NCBI GenBank assembly: GCA_963805855.1
Contig: CAWDVW010000005.1
Span: 352,001 to 416,000 of the forward strand
DNA from: Candidatus Dadabacteria bacterium
Lineage (GTDB): Bacteria; Desulfobacterota_D; UBA1144; Nemesobacterales; CSP1-2
Direction of reading: 5' to 3'
Length of the DNA: 64,000 bases
Under the pieces are notes generated by a model. It ran no database searches, was not told the origin of the DNA, and saw nothing but the letters and a program-made list of their open reading frames with translations. This document shows, piece by piece, positions 31,279-40,802 of this stretch. A program made the translations under genes and the position numbers. Positions within the stretch are counted from its first letter, which is position 1, and each line of letters begins with the position of its first letter.

Positions 31279-31911
31279 TTAATGAATAGCTACATCCAAC
31301 GCTTTTTGTTTCGTCCTGAACGGAATAAAGTGGACAGTTCTATCAAGTCTCCAAGGACTTTCATCAGTTGTTAAACTGACATAGGACTCATTACATTTAT
31401 CAACTGAGTTCACCCTTTGCGGCGCAACTCCTTGTTTTACAATATAGTCAATAATTGCATAAGCCCTTTTCAACCCCAGGTGTTCATCCGTATTTTCTCT
31501 TGAGTCGCAATACCCCTGAATAAATACAATTACATCGGAGTTGCTTTTTAGAATCCCAGCATTTTCCTTGAGTACGGCTTTCGCAGATTCTTTGATATTA
31601 AAACTGTTGAAATCAAAAAATACATCCTTCATCGCGATTTCGACTCTTGGATTTGGTGGAGGTAATATCTGGTACTGATGGTAGTCTCCAGCCACATCAT
31701 TTGCAAAAGTTTTGTCCGATGAAACAACGATCGAACCGACGATGACAGCCGCCAAGAGAAAAAACCAGAGCAATGTCCCTTTAACTATTCCAAAAACTTT
31801 AGAGACTTCGGATCGTGAATAACGGTTCTTGTGCTGACGTTTAAATGTTTCTAAAATCTTCTCTTGATTTTCGAAGACAATCGATTTAATTGAAAGTTGT
31901 TGGATTCTCAT
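31279..31911 (-). CDS. OmpA/Pal-like peptidoglycan-binding protein
   Basis: VFFDFNS, IQGYCD.R, LGLKRA, TM segment. Confidence 0.85.
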   Translation of the reverse strand: MRIQQLSIKSIVFENQEKILETFKRQHKNRYSRSEVSKVFGIVKGTLLWFFLLAAVIVGSIVVSSDKTFANDVAGDYHQYQILPPPNPRVEIAMKDVFFDFNSFNIKESAKAVLKENAGILKSNSDVIVFIQGYCDSRENTDEHLGLKRAYAIIDYIVKQGVAPQRVNSVDKCNESYVSLTTDESPWRLDRTVHFIPFRTKQKALDVAIH

Positions 31912-31979
31912 AATTTATTGACTCCTTTCGTTGATTTTATAAAAGCCACGTAGCAAGATATTTATGTTGGGATGTAGGT

Positions 31980-32121
31980 TGCAATATACATGCCAAGGGT
32001 GCTCATATTGCAAAACTCGTAACGAATTCAACATGTTAAATCACACAGACGCTGTGAAGTTTCATCTTTCTTCGGCTAAATGTGTAAAAAATTGACAAAA
32101 GGAATTGTTCATTTTCGAACA
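31980..32121 (-). promoter_or_regulatory. Sigma-54 promoter with tandem enhancer sites
   Basis: TTGGCATGTATATTGCA (31996-31980); site ending ACA at 32097, then TGT-N10-ACA 32106-32121. Confidence 0.8.
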
Positions 32122-32314
32122 ACATGGTGGGAGTGAGAAATGACTTTCGGGTTTTCAGAAATAACCTAAATGTGCTTCAGTACGAAATACGAATAATTTT
32201 TTCGATATGACTTTAATTATCGGAGGGATCTCTTTTTCAATTCGTCATTCTTTTATAAAAGCTATCTGGGATCAATCTCGTCGCTCTGGTTTAGGAGCGA
32301 CTTTCTTTTTAGCC

Positions 32315-32860
32315 TTACTCGTTTAAGATTTTTAAATTAATCTTTGCAATTTTAGCCTCACCGGATTCTGGATATTTATCAATTATTGTCTGAAGAAAAT
32401 ATCTGGCTTCCTTTTTTCTACCCAATTTAATTAATGAAATTCCTTGTTTCAAATATGAGTCTGGCGCCCTGTTATCTTTAGGATTAGCATCAATGAATTT
32501 CTGGTAGGCGATTATTGCTTCCTCGTATTTTCTTTTATGGTAAAACGATTCAGCGGATGAATAAAGATCATCGGGTGACTTAGCCGTGGCGGGATCAGAA
32601 GTTGAACTTTGTTTCTCTAACCTATCTAATTTTTTCTTGAGTGATGAATAATCTTTTGCGATGCTTGCGATATCTTGCTGCATCAGAGAAATCCGCTCGT
32701 CTTTTTCAATCTTAATTTCCGCTAATTCGCTGGATAATTTCTCAACTTCAGCTTCTAGCCTATCTTGGCGTTTATTGATATTATTTATCAACAATGGATT
32801 GGAAGCGCAGGCGGCAACTAAGGTAAGTATCAACAATACGGAAATGTCCTTTGTGCTCAT
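32315..32860 (-). CDS. CpoB/YbgF-like coiled-coil plus TPR lipoprotein
   Basis: Lipobox VAAC, coiled coil, Y..A..F....P....APD.YLK.G...A...Q.II.KYP.S..A. Confidence 0.82.
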   Translation of the reverse strand: MSTKDISVLLILTLVAACASNPLLINNINKRQDRLEAEVEKLSSELAEIKIEKDERISLMQQDIASIAKDYSSLKKKLDRLEKQSSTSDPATAKSPDDLYSSAESFYHKRKYEEAIIAYQKFIDANPKDNRAPDSYLKQGISLIKLGRKKEARYFLQTIIDKYPESGEAKIAKINLKILNE

Positions 32861-32980
32861 TCTTTGATTTTAGTAGCAGTATTAATATAAACTTAAGTAA
32901 ACAAGATTCACCTGATTGACTTCCAATTTAATCTTAAGCAAAACCTGAATCAGACGACTTAGTTTTTAATAATCATAATA

Positions 32981-33213
32981 AATGAAACTCTCTGCAGCAA
33001 GCTGCAGGGCATCGTGAATGAAATTGAAAGTCATTGCGAGAGAATTGAAAAGTCTCGAAGCAATCTCCGTCGAAATTGGCAGAGCATTTCGTAATACATC
33101 ACATAATAGGATTAATTAAGTAAATTGCTTCACCGAGCCTGCGCTGAGGAAAGTGAATGTGTTCGCAATGACAGGCAGCGGGAAACCCTGTAGCACACTA
33201 CAGTGAATTCACT
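32981..33213 (+). mobile_element. Non-autonomous element with IS200/IS605-like hairpin ends and an internal palindrome
   Basis: Left AATGAAACTCTCTGCAGCAAGCTGCAGGG and right GGGAAACCCTGTAGCACACTACAGTGAATTCACT match the ends of 43882-44580; internal gtcattgcga...ttcgcaatgac. Confidence 0.7.
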
Positions 33214-33557
33214 AGTTAAAATGAAATTAAAATGGAAATTTTGAAATCCGTTACAATTTCAACCCGTATCTTATCATTCAGACTTGCTTTAATCTAAGGA
33301 ATCTCCTCTCATTACACAAGATTTATGCTCGCCGAAACTATACCCACATAAATTATATTTGGTGAGAGTATTCCTCGTATTAAAAGCTTTGGATATTAGC
33401 TCCATCATTTAGATTATTAGAAGTAACTGGATGTAAATAAAATATGTGTTGTAGGGTCTGTTTCCTTGAATCGTGGTTCGACCAAGGAAGTTAACTTAAG
33501 TCTCCCGTGGGCTCAACTTACCCCGATTATATAAATAGACTTTATAACTTTTCAGCT

Positions 33558-34160
33558 TCACGAATAAATTTTATCTAGTTCTTTTGTAATTAGTAACTCA
33601 GAGTCTTTCCCCGCGCGGTCAATTATTAATAGCAAAGCCGATGCAATGTCTTCAGATTTGGTTTTGCCATGATTTATTGATTCGCTGATCTCATTAATCA
33701 TTTCAAACTTGGCCGATTGGATAATTCCTGAATCAAGCGGGGTCACTCTTCTCAGGAATTCTTCGAATGTTTCACCACCCAAAATTTTAAAATTTATCAA
33801 ACTTGCTCTTGTATCTTGAATAACTTCCTCTGAGATATTCTCTAATGTTAGACTAATTGAATTAATATCTTTGTTTTTAAGATGTTCATTGAAATCTGAA
33901 TTCAAGTACGACTGGATTCTTAAAATCATTTCCAATTTGATATTTTTCAAATACATCGTGGCAAGGGCTTTTGCTTGATCTTTTTGAATCGTGTTTCCAT
34001 TATCCAACAGAATGTTATCAAATTTGTTGCTGATTACTTCTAGATTTTTATTTATATCGGCATTGTAAAGCCATAAAGAGAACAATATAGCCAAAATTGT
34101 AGTAAAAAGATTGGTAAATATACCAGTATAAATTTGTGCATTATTAGATTCCTTGTTCAT
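33558..34160 (-). CDS. Hypothetical membrane-anchored protein
   Basis: 200-aa AT-rich ORF with one N-terminal TM helix. Confidence 0.65.
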   Translation of the reverse strand: MNKESNNAQIYTGIFTNLFTTILAILFSLWLYNADINKNLEVISNKFDNILLDNGNTIQKDQAKALATMYLKNIKLEMILRIQSYLNSDFNEHLKNKDINSISLTLENISEEVIQDTRASLINFKILGGETFEEFLRRVTPLDSGIIQSAKFEMINEISESINHGKTKSEDIASALLLIIDRAGKDSELLITKELDKIYS

Positions 34161-34259
34161 TTTTTCAGAACAGCATATTTAAATTTAGATTCTTAAACAA
34201 AGTTTAGAACGGAATACAAAACCAATCTTCACATGAAAAAAACATCTTTCAGTCACAGC

Positions 34260-34913
34260 TTATACATTTGGTATAGATAAAACCTCGATTTTTACGTCTT
34301 GAATGCCCCCATCAATTATCCCCAGCGACTTGGCAGCTGAATATGACAGGTCTATAATTCGATTTTTGATATATGGTCCTCTGTCATTTATCTTGACTAC
34401 GATATCTTTTCCATTTTGTAAATTTATAACCCTTACCTCAGATCCTAACGGCAAGCTTCTGTGCGCAGCTGTGTAACCATACATATCGTAAATATTACCG
34501 CTTGCTGTTTCTTTGCCATGAAATAATTTGCCATACCATGATGCGATCCCCTTCTGAAAGTAGCCTTTGCTAGACCTGAAAGGAATAAGCAGAAGCTCGT
34601 CAGTTTGAATCTCATCAGGGGAGTCGATGTTGTTAGCTTCCGCTATAACCTCCCATTCAACTCCAGAACCGAAAAATTTCTTTGAAATACCCGATAAGCT
34701 ATCGCCGTCTTTCACAATATAATCTCTCATTATTCCTTTTTTTGAATTTGATTTGGTAGCCTTGAGCACTTTTTGAGACCCATCTTCTCCATGCCTTGCG
34801 GATACTTTATTCTTGACATGCATTATTTGTAAAAATTCAATGGCAACAACTACACTGACACTGCAAAAAATAACGATTAAGGTCGAAAGTATTGTTAGAT
34901 CCAACTTCCTCAT
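34260..34913 (-). CDS. rlpA: RlpA-family lytic transglycosylase with LysM domain
   Basis: YIVKDGDSLSGIS LysM; GIASWYG, TAAHRSLP, INDRGPY, IDLS. Confidence 0.9.
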   Translation of the reverse strand: MRKLDLTILSTLIVIFCSVSVVVAIEFLQIMHVKNKVSARHGEDGSQKVLKATKSNSKKGIMRDYIVKDGDSLSGISKKFFGSGVEWEVIAEANNIDSPDEIQTDELLLIPFRSSKGYFQKGIASWYGKLFHGKETASGNIYDMYGYTAAHRSLPLGSEVRVINLQNGKDIVVKINDRGPYIKNRIIDLSYSAAKSLGIIDGGIQDVKIEVLSIPNV

Positions 34914-35109
34914 TTAAATCGATCTCCTCTCGGTTCAATCATTCACACTTTTGATAATTTATCCGTTGTGGGTCACCTCGAGGGTAATACCCACAACGGT
35001 ATCCGAGGAAGGATGGGTAGTCATTTCAAGAATCAAATGTGAATAGTGCGCAAAGAATTAAACCTCTCATGATTTGTCGCCTCTTATTTTGGGTTTTACC
35101 CTGTGCATC

Positions 35110-35251
35110 GCAAGATTCATGCCAACTAAGTCATTTATCAAAAATCCTTTGCAATTCAGGCTAGTTAGTATGAAAAGGAAATAGTCTTGGGGTCATGCTG
35201 AATTGTTGATTAGTAAGGTTTTGCACAATGACCACTGTGTAATATGTAACA
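35110..35251 (-). promoter_or_regulatory. Sigma-54 promoter with tandem enhancer sites
   Basis: TTGGCATGAATCTTGC (35125-35110); AGT-N10-ACA 35212-35227 and TGT-N10-ACA 35236-35251. Confidence 0.8.
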
Positions 35252-35290
35252 GCCTCGTGAGTACTAACAACGCCATCGAAACCGCTCCTG

Positions 35291-35450
35291 TCATTCTTTT
35301 TTAACGGGAGACTGTACCTCATAACCCTTGTCCCTTAAGATATATCCGCCCGCCCCCCCCTGCCGCTGCACCTACTAGGAACCCACATCCGTAGCATAGT
35401 AAAATCGACAAGCATACCAAAAACGCTAAAAGTCTTTTTTTTAATGTCAT
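35291..35450 (-). CDS. Small glycine-zipper lipoprotein (one extra G in a G8 run)
   Basis: GGAG RBS; with G7 it reads MTLKKRLLAFLVCLSILLCYGCGFLVGAAAGGAGGYILRDKGYEVQSPVKKE*. Confidence 0.7.
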
Positions 35451-35616
35451 TTTTTTCTCCATTTCCCGATATTTAATCGAATCCGGAGGCCAAGACCTCA
35501 AATCTGATACCCAGTTCATTAACCGGAGAGAAAATATGCAAAATTTGTTCCACATAAGTCTGGCGCCCCCTAACTTACTCTCTCAAGTTCAAAGTTCATT
35601 CCATATAACCTCCAGG

Positions 35617-35757
35617 TGCAAAAACCATTCCTAAACTTCCAATTACTACAATAATGTTGTATTTTCAGTGGGTTACAGGCGGAAAGATCGGAGACGAAGA
35701 AAGAATGATCTTCAATTGTTCAAAAATTATACATTAGATACTGTTAAATAATTAGGC
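35617..35757 (-). promoter_or_regulatory. Weaker sigma-54 promoter with enhancer-like sites
   Basis: TAGGAATGGTTTTTGCA (GG-N10-GC; 35633-35617); ACA-N8-TGT junction at 35731-35744. Confidence 0.6.
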
Positions 35758-35976
35758 CAATTATCTTTAATTAAATAGACTGAAGTTTCTGGGATGCACA
35801 GATTAAGGGCAGTAAATTTTAACCATCAAAAACCTTACTACGTTAGCACAGCTTAATATAATAGTCACAATTCCTAACCCTTCGTTAATATTTTAAAATT
35901 ATTACGTAAATATATTCGTTAAAACAGTTAAAATACTAAAAAGCCTTCGATTCTATTTAAAGGGGTCCCTAAACCT

Positions 35977-37251
35977 TTGAAGCTCAGCAAGCAGATTACT
36001 TTAGGATATGCATTGATGTTTTTTGTGATTATCCTAATAAGTGGTTTTTCCATCCACAGTATCTACAGGCTTGATAAAGCTGCTTCGAATTTAGAAGGAC
36101 GATATACAACTCTATATAAACTGATTTCGAAATCCAGCAATAAGGAATTAACCTCCGAAAATGAAAAGTTTGGAAGCGAAATGATCGATCAAGCCCTAAC
36201 CCTTATCGATCAGCAAGTCAAGCGTTCCTATACAAACATTTTCTTGGTAGTAGGAATCGCACTGTTGTTCAGCGGAGCAATAGCTGTGCTGTTTCCAATA
36301 AAAATCACAAGACCAATGTTAAGATTAGTAAATGCTACTAAATCCGTCGGTTCAGGAGATTATTCATATAGAGTAGAGAATCTTGGAGGCTCAAACGAAA
36401 TAGCTGAGCTGATTAGTTCATTTAATAAGATGCTTAAGAATATACAGGTTACTCACGAGTCCAACGTGAAACTCCTTGAACGAACAAAGCAATTCAACGA
36501 CGTTCTCGAAGAAAAAATTGAGGAAGCGACTAAAGATATAAAAGAAATGCAGAATGAACTCATAAAATCGGAGAGGTTAGCCACTATTGGAGAAGTTGCG
36601 GCAAAAATCGCCCACGAAATTAAAAATCCTCTATCCGGTATATCGATCGCACTTGAACTGATGAAAAACAAAACGCCAGACGATGATCAAAGACAAAAGG
36701 TTTCTGAGATTTTATCAGAGGTAGCACGATTGGACCGTATTATTAAAGACATGCTACAAATAGCGAAGCCTCCGGAATTATATCTTCGAACAATTTCACC
36801 AAACGAAATCGTGGAAAAGGCCATAGCCCTGGTTATCCCTAAGGCAGATGAAAGAAGGATTAAAATTGACAAAAATCTAAATTGTGGAGATTCTTTTTGC
36901 CTGGACCCTGAAAAGATAGAGCAAGTCCTCATAAATCTTTTATTAAATGGAATTGACGCAATCAACCCTAGTGGGGGAAAAATTACGGTTGAAACTGAAA
37001 CCCTGAAGAATGAACTATTCATAAAAGTCTCAGATTCTGGTTGTGGATTTCCCGAAGTAGAGATAGAAAAATTATTCCAACCCTTCTATTCAACTAAACG
37101 GACCGGGACCGGATTAGGACTTGCAATCTCTAAAAGAATTGTTGAGTCACATAGGGGCAGGATAATCGCCTCGAGTGAAGTAGGGAAGGGATCAATATTT
37201 ACAATTGTTATACCTAATAACTTAGAAGATGAATATGAAGCTACAAGCTAA
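35977..37251 (+). CDS. Membrane sensor histidine kinase (HAMP)
   Basis: Two TM helices, AHEIKNPL, NLLLNGIDA, DSGCG, FYSTKRTGTGLGL. Confidence 0.92.
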   Translation: MKLSKQITLGYALMFFVIILISGFSIHSIYRLDKAASNLEGRYTTLYKLISKSSNKELTSENEKFGSEMIDQALTLIDQQVKRSYTNIFLVVGIALLFSGAIAVLFPIKITRPMLRLVNATKSVGSGDYSYRVENLGGSNEIAELISSFNKMLKNIQVTHESNVKLLERTKQFNDVLEEKIEEATKDIKEMQNELIKSERLATIGEVAAKIAHEIKNPLSGISIALELMKNKTPDDDQRQKVSEILSEVARLDRIIKDMLQIAKPPELYLRTISPNEIVEKAIALVIPKADERRIKIDKNLNCGDSFCLDPEKIEQVLINLLLNGIDAINPSGGKITVETETLKNELFIKVSDSGCGFPEVEIEKLFQPFYSTKRTGTGLGLAISKRIVESHRGRIIASSEVGKGSIFTIVIPNNLEDEYEATS

Positions 37252-37333
37252 AACCCGGTGTAATAGAGACCGGAGGCAGCGTTTGAGAATCGATTATACA
37301 ACAAGTCTTTGATAGAGTATAGGCACTAAACAT

Positions 37334-38716
37334 ATGACGCGCAGGATATTAATAATTGATGACGAAGAATACTTATGCAAAAACTTAGAGGAAACCCTTG
37401 CCGAAGACGGTTACGAAGTATTTACCGCGCACACCGGGAATGATGGAATCGAAAAGGTTAAGCAGGAAATTCCTGATTTGATTTTGCTCGATCTAAAACT
37501 CCCTGATAAGGAAGGAATAGATGTCCTCAAAACTATTGATAGTCTCGATTATCTTCCCATAACTATAATGATGACCGCCCATGGAAATGTTGAAGCAGCC
37601 GTTCAGGCCATTAAAGTAGGTGCTTACGACTTTCTAGAAAAGCCATTTCCTATAGACAAGCTAAAGGTGATAGTAAGAAACGCGTTGAATGCAAAAGATC
37701 TCAGAAACAATCTCAATACCTCTTTAAAGGTAGAAAAGAGGAAATTCGGTTTCCAAAACCTTATTGGCAAGAGTCAAGCAATAAAAGAAATAATAAACCT
37801 GATAGAAAAATTAGTTGTTACCGATCCTAAAACTATACTTATTACCGGCGAAACCGGAACCGGCAAAGGACTTGTGGCAAAGTTACTACATTACAATGGA
37901 GTAAGGGCTGACAAACCATTTTTGGAATTAAACTGCGCATCAATACCCGAAACACTTCTGGAAAGTGAGCTATTTGGCCATGAAGCAGGCTCATTTACGG
38001 ATGCAAAGAAAATGAAAAAGGGTATTTTTGAAGAGGCGCACAGAGGGACAATATTCTTAGATGAAATTGGTGATATGAGTCAAACATTGCAGGCAAAACT
38101 CGTAAAAGTAGTCGAAGAAAGAACTTTTAGAAGGATCGGCGGCACCAGAGACATTACAGTTGACGTTAGAGTAATTGCAGCAACTAACAGGGATCTCAGA
38201 GAGCTTGTAAGACAGAATCTTTTCCGAGATGATTTATTTCATCGCTTAAACGTTATTAATTTTGAGATGCCGAGCCTTAGAAGGAGAAAAGAAGATATTC
38301 CTTTAATTGTCGAGTTCTTTCTTAATCATTTTAATTCCGAACTAAACAAAAACATCAAAATAATTTCTGATGAAACAATGCGGGCTTTAACCCATTACGG
38401 CTGGCCAGGCAATGTTCGTGAACTCAGGAGCACGATTGAAAGGGCGGTGATACTGAGTGAAGGGGACGAATTAAGCCCAAACTATACACAGCTTGAGGAG
38501 AATGACGGAGATAACGTCGTAAAAATTGAAAACGACGATCGAAAGATGTTTCTTGAAATTGATTTAGACAATGCGTCACTAACAGGAGTAGAGGATAAAA
38601 TAATTAAACGCGCCTTGGAAGTGAATCAGTGGAACCAAACTAAGACATCGGAAATGCTGGGAATTACACGGCATACACTGAGGAATAAAATGAAAAGGAT
38701 GGGTATGTTGGAATAA
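37334..38716 (+). CDS. Sigma-54-dependent response regulator (NtrC/AtoC/ZraR-like)
   Basis: Receiver domain, GETGTGKG, ELFGHEAGSFTDA (GAFTGA variant), WPGNVREL, HTH. Confidence 0.93.
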   Translation: MTRRILIIDDEEYLCKNLEETLAEDGYEVFTAHTGNDGIEKVKQEIPDLILLDLKLPDKEGIDVLKTIDSLDYLPITIMMTAHGNVEAAVQAIKVGAYDFLEKPFPIDKLKVIVRNALNAKDLRNNLNTSLKVEKRKFGFQNLIGKSQAIKEIINLIEKLVVTDPKTILITGETGTGKGLVAKLLHYNGVRADKPFLELNCASIPETLLESELFGHEAGSFTDAKKMKKGIFEEAHRGTIFLDEIGDMSQTLQAKLVKVVEERTFRRIGGTRDITVDVRVIAATNRDLRELVRQNLFRDDLFHRLNVINFEMPSLRRRKEDIPLIVEFFLNHFNSELNKNIKIISDETMRALTHYGWPGNVRELRSTIERAVILSEGDELSPNYTQLEENDGDNVVKIENDDRKMFLEIDLDNASLTGVEDKIIKRALEVNQWNQTKTSEMLGITRHTLRNKMKRMGMLE

Positions 38717-38931
38717 CTAAATAGATCAAATTCTAACATAGTGGGGTACCATTACATCCAGTAAATTGAAGCCGACTAAAACTGCATTGATGATCTGACA
38801 AACTTCAAGTTACGAATGTTAAGCGAAAAATATTTTGAGCTTCCGCATTTCCCTGACATATCTCGCTTTACATAAACACTCTCAATAAATCTCTCAATCT
38901 ATTTCAGGCTTATTAAAATGGAAAACATAAC

Positions 38932-39067
38932 TGTGCAATTTTACACAGAGCTGCAGTGAAATATTTAACAGTCAGAATACTTTTGACGTCGACATTAAGC
39001 TAACAGATTTATAACTCCCTTTGAATACTATTAATTTCCAAAGTTACTCTGCTGGCATGCATTTTGC
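38932..39067 (+). promoter_or_regulatory. Sigma-54 promoter with tandem enhancer sites
   Basis: TGT-N10-ACA 38932-38947, AGT-N10-ACA 38955-38970; TGGCATGCATTTTGC 39053-39067. Confidence 0.8.
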
Positions 39068-39151
39068 CCGTACTACTCACTACTCATAAAAAAAAATTCA
39101 AAAAACGCAGGATCAGATAGATAACAAAAAACTGCAAGGGAGACAAAAACG

Positions 39152-39646
39152 GTGAAAAAATTAATTGCTATTTTCATATTTTTGATTTCTTTCATTTTGC
39201 TACCAATAAAATCAAAAGCAGATACTGATCTATTCCTGAACTTGGGTGTGGGACTAGGAGTTCCTGCCCCTGTTTTTGTTGCCCCTTCTCCATTTTACTA
39301 TGCTGTGCCTTCTGTTGCCCAGGCTTCGCTGGTATCTGAAATAAGCCCAAGTACATTTTTGAGTTTCAGCATAGGTGTGCCAGCACCGGTGTTTGTTGCT
39401 CCTGCTCCTGTTATAGTGAGCCCACTATACTATTCATATCCATCGACTGTGATAATAGAGCCAGCGCCCATCGTCATACATCCCCGTTATTACCATTCTC
39501 ACCCGCACGGAGGCCCCCCCGGACAACTAAAACGCCATTTTTTCTACGACTATCCCAGATATCAAGGATCCCGTATACATAATGGAAATAAGAATTACAA
39601 AGCGAGGAATAAACATAGGCACAAACATAAACGTAAGCATAAGTAA
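39152..39646 (+). CDS. Exported proline-rich (PXPV-repeat-like) protein with His/Lys-rich tail
   Basis: Signal peptide, 2x GVPAPVFVAP, HGGPPGQLK, KHRHKHKRKHK. Confidence 0.75.
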   Translation: MKKLIAIFIFLISFILLPIKSKADTDLFLNLGVGLGVPAPVFVAPSPFYYAVPSVAQASLVSEISPSTFLSFSIGVPAPVFVAPAPVIVSPLYYSYPSTVIIEPAPIVIHPRYYHSHPHGGPPGQLKRHFFYDYPRYQGSRIHNGNKNYKARNKHRHKHKRKHK

Positions 39647-39694
39647 AATTTGCCGTATTGAATTAAATCAGGATTTCAAAGGAGGTATATCACT

Positions 39695-40762
39695 ATGACG
39701 ATCAAATTCAAATACTTTACTAAAATGAAACGATACGGAAAGTCACGCTTATTGTCTTGCATTACTATTTTGTCTTTCCTGATTATTATTATCTTAAATT
39801 CCGCTGGATGTTCCTCACCTGAAAAGAAAATGGAAGAGGCAAGGGAACATTACACAAAAGGTAGGAATTCCTACCTGCTTTTTACACCAAAGGGGCTGGA
39901 TGAAGCAATAGAACATTATGACAAGGCTATTGAGTTGGATGATAGAAACGCCCTCGCATATGCTGGACTTGGAGAGGCATATTCATTCCTGGGCTTGTGG
40001 AATGAACAGAACATTGCTGAAAAGGATAACCGGCTCTTCGAAAAGTCTTTAAGTTATAGCCAAAAGGCTTTGGAGCTTGATCAAGACTCTTCCGTATCTC
40101 ATCGCGCGCTTGCAGCAAGCTACAGGGGTTTGGGCAGGTTTGAAAATGCGAAAGAAGAGGCCCAAAAAGCCATAGCACTTAACCCGAATGATGCGGAGAC
40201 TTATTATATCCTCTGGACCGTATCCGGTGCGGATGCTGATTCCAAATATATAAGAAAGGCCCTTGAATTAAACCCGAATTTGAGCATCGCCTATAATGAC
40301 CTGGGATACATCCATTACACTAAGGGGAATTATGACAAAGCGATTGACAATCTCAATCGCGCCATTGAGCTGAACCCAGAATTAATACAATCGCATGTTA
40401 ATCTCGGCTTGACCTTGGCAGCTACGAAAAGATTTAAAGAGTCTGAGGAACAATTTAGAACCGCGATTAGGCTAAATCCAGATTATCTGCTAGGTCATTA
40501 TAATCTTGGAATTGTATTAGCCAGCCAGGGTGGCTATGACGAAGCCATAAGCGAATTTGAGAAGGCCATCGAGATCAATCCCGATTTTCCTGAGCCACAT
40601 ATAGCACTAGCATTCGCCTACGAAAGCAAAGGAGATAATAATGAAGCTGTCAAACAATACGATAAGTTCATTGGCCTGGCATCTACGGATAAAACTAAAT
40701 ATGAAAAAATCGTTGTTGAGGCCAAAAATAGGATCAAAAACATTAATAAGGATGATGGTTAA
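39695..40762 (+). CDS. TPR-repeat lipoprotein
   Basis: SAGC lipobox, several ..A...LG......G...A...F..AI.LNP repeats. Confidence 0.88.
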   Translation: MTIKFKYFTKMKRYGKSRLLSCITILSFLIIIILNSAGCSSPEKKMEEAREHYTKGRNSYLLFTPKGLDEAIEHYDKAIELDDRNALAYAGLGEAYSFLGLWNEQNIAEKDNRLFEKSLSYSQKALELDQDSSVSHRALAASYRGLGRFENAKEEAQKAIALNPNDAETYYILWTVSGADADSKYIRKALELNPNLSIAYNDLGYIHYTKGNYDKAIDNLNRAIELNPELIQSHVNLGLTLAATKRFKESEEQFRTAIRLNPDYLLGHYNLGIVLASQGGYDEAISEFEKAIEINPDFPEPHIALAFAYESKGDNNEAVKQYDKFIGLASTDKTKYEKIVVEAKNRIKNINKDDG

Positions 40763-40802
40763 ATTACGTGAAACTTAAATTAAATTATTTTGAAGGATTA
40801 AA

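Noticed and set aside
35473-35613. GGAGG-ATG-GAA-TGA as a selenoprotein or readthrough ORF
   Set aside because: A TAA follows seven codons later in the same frame, no SECIS is evident, and TGA is a normal stop elsewhere in the window
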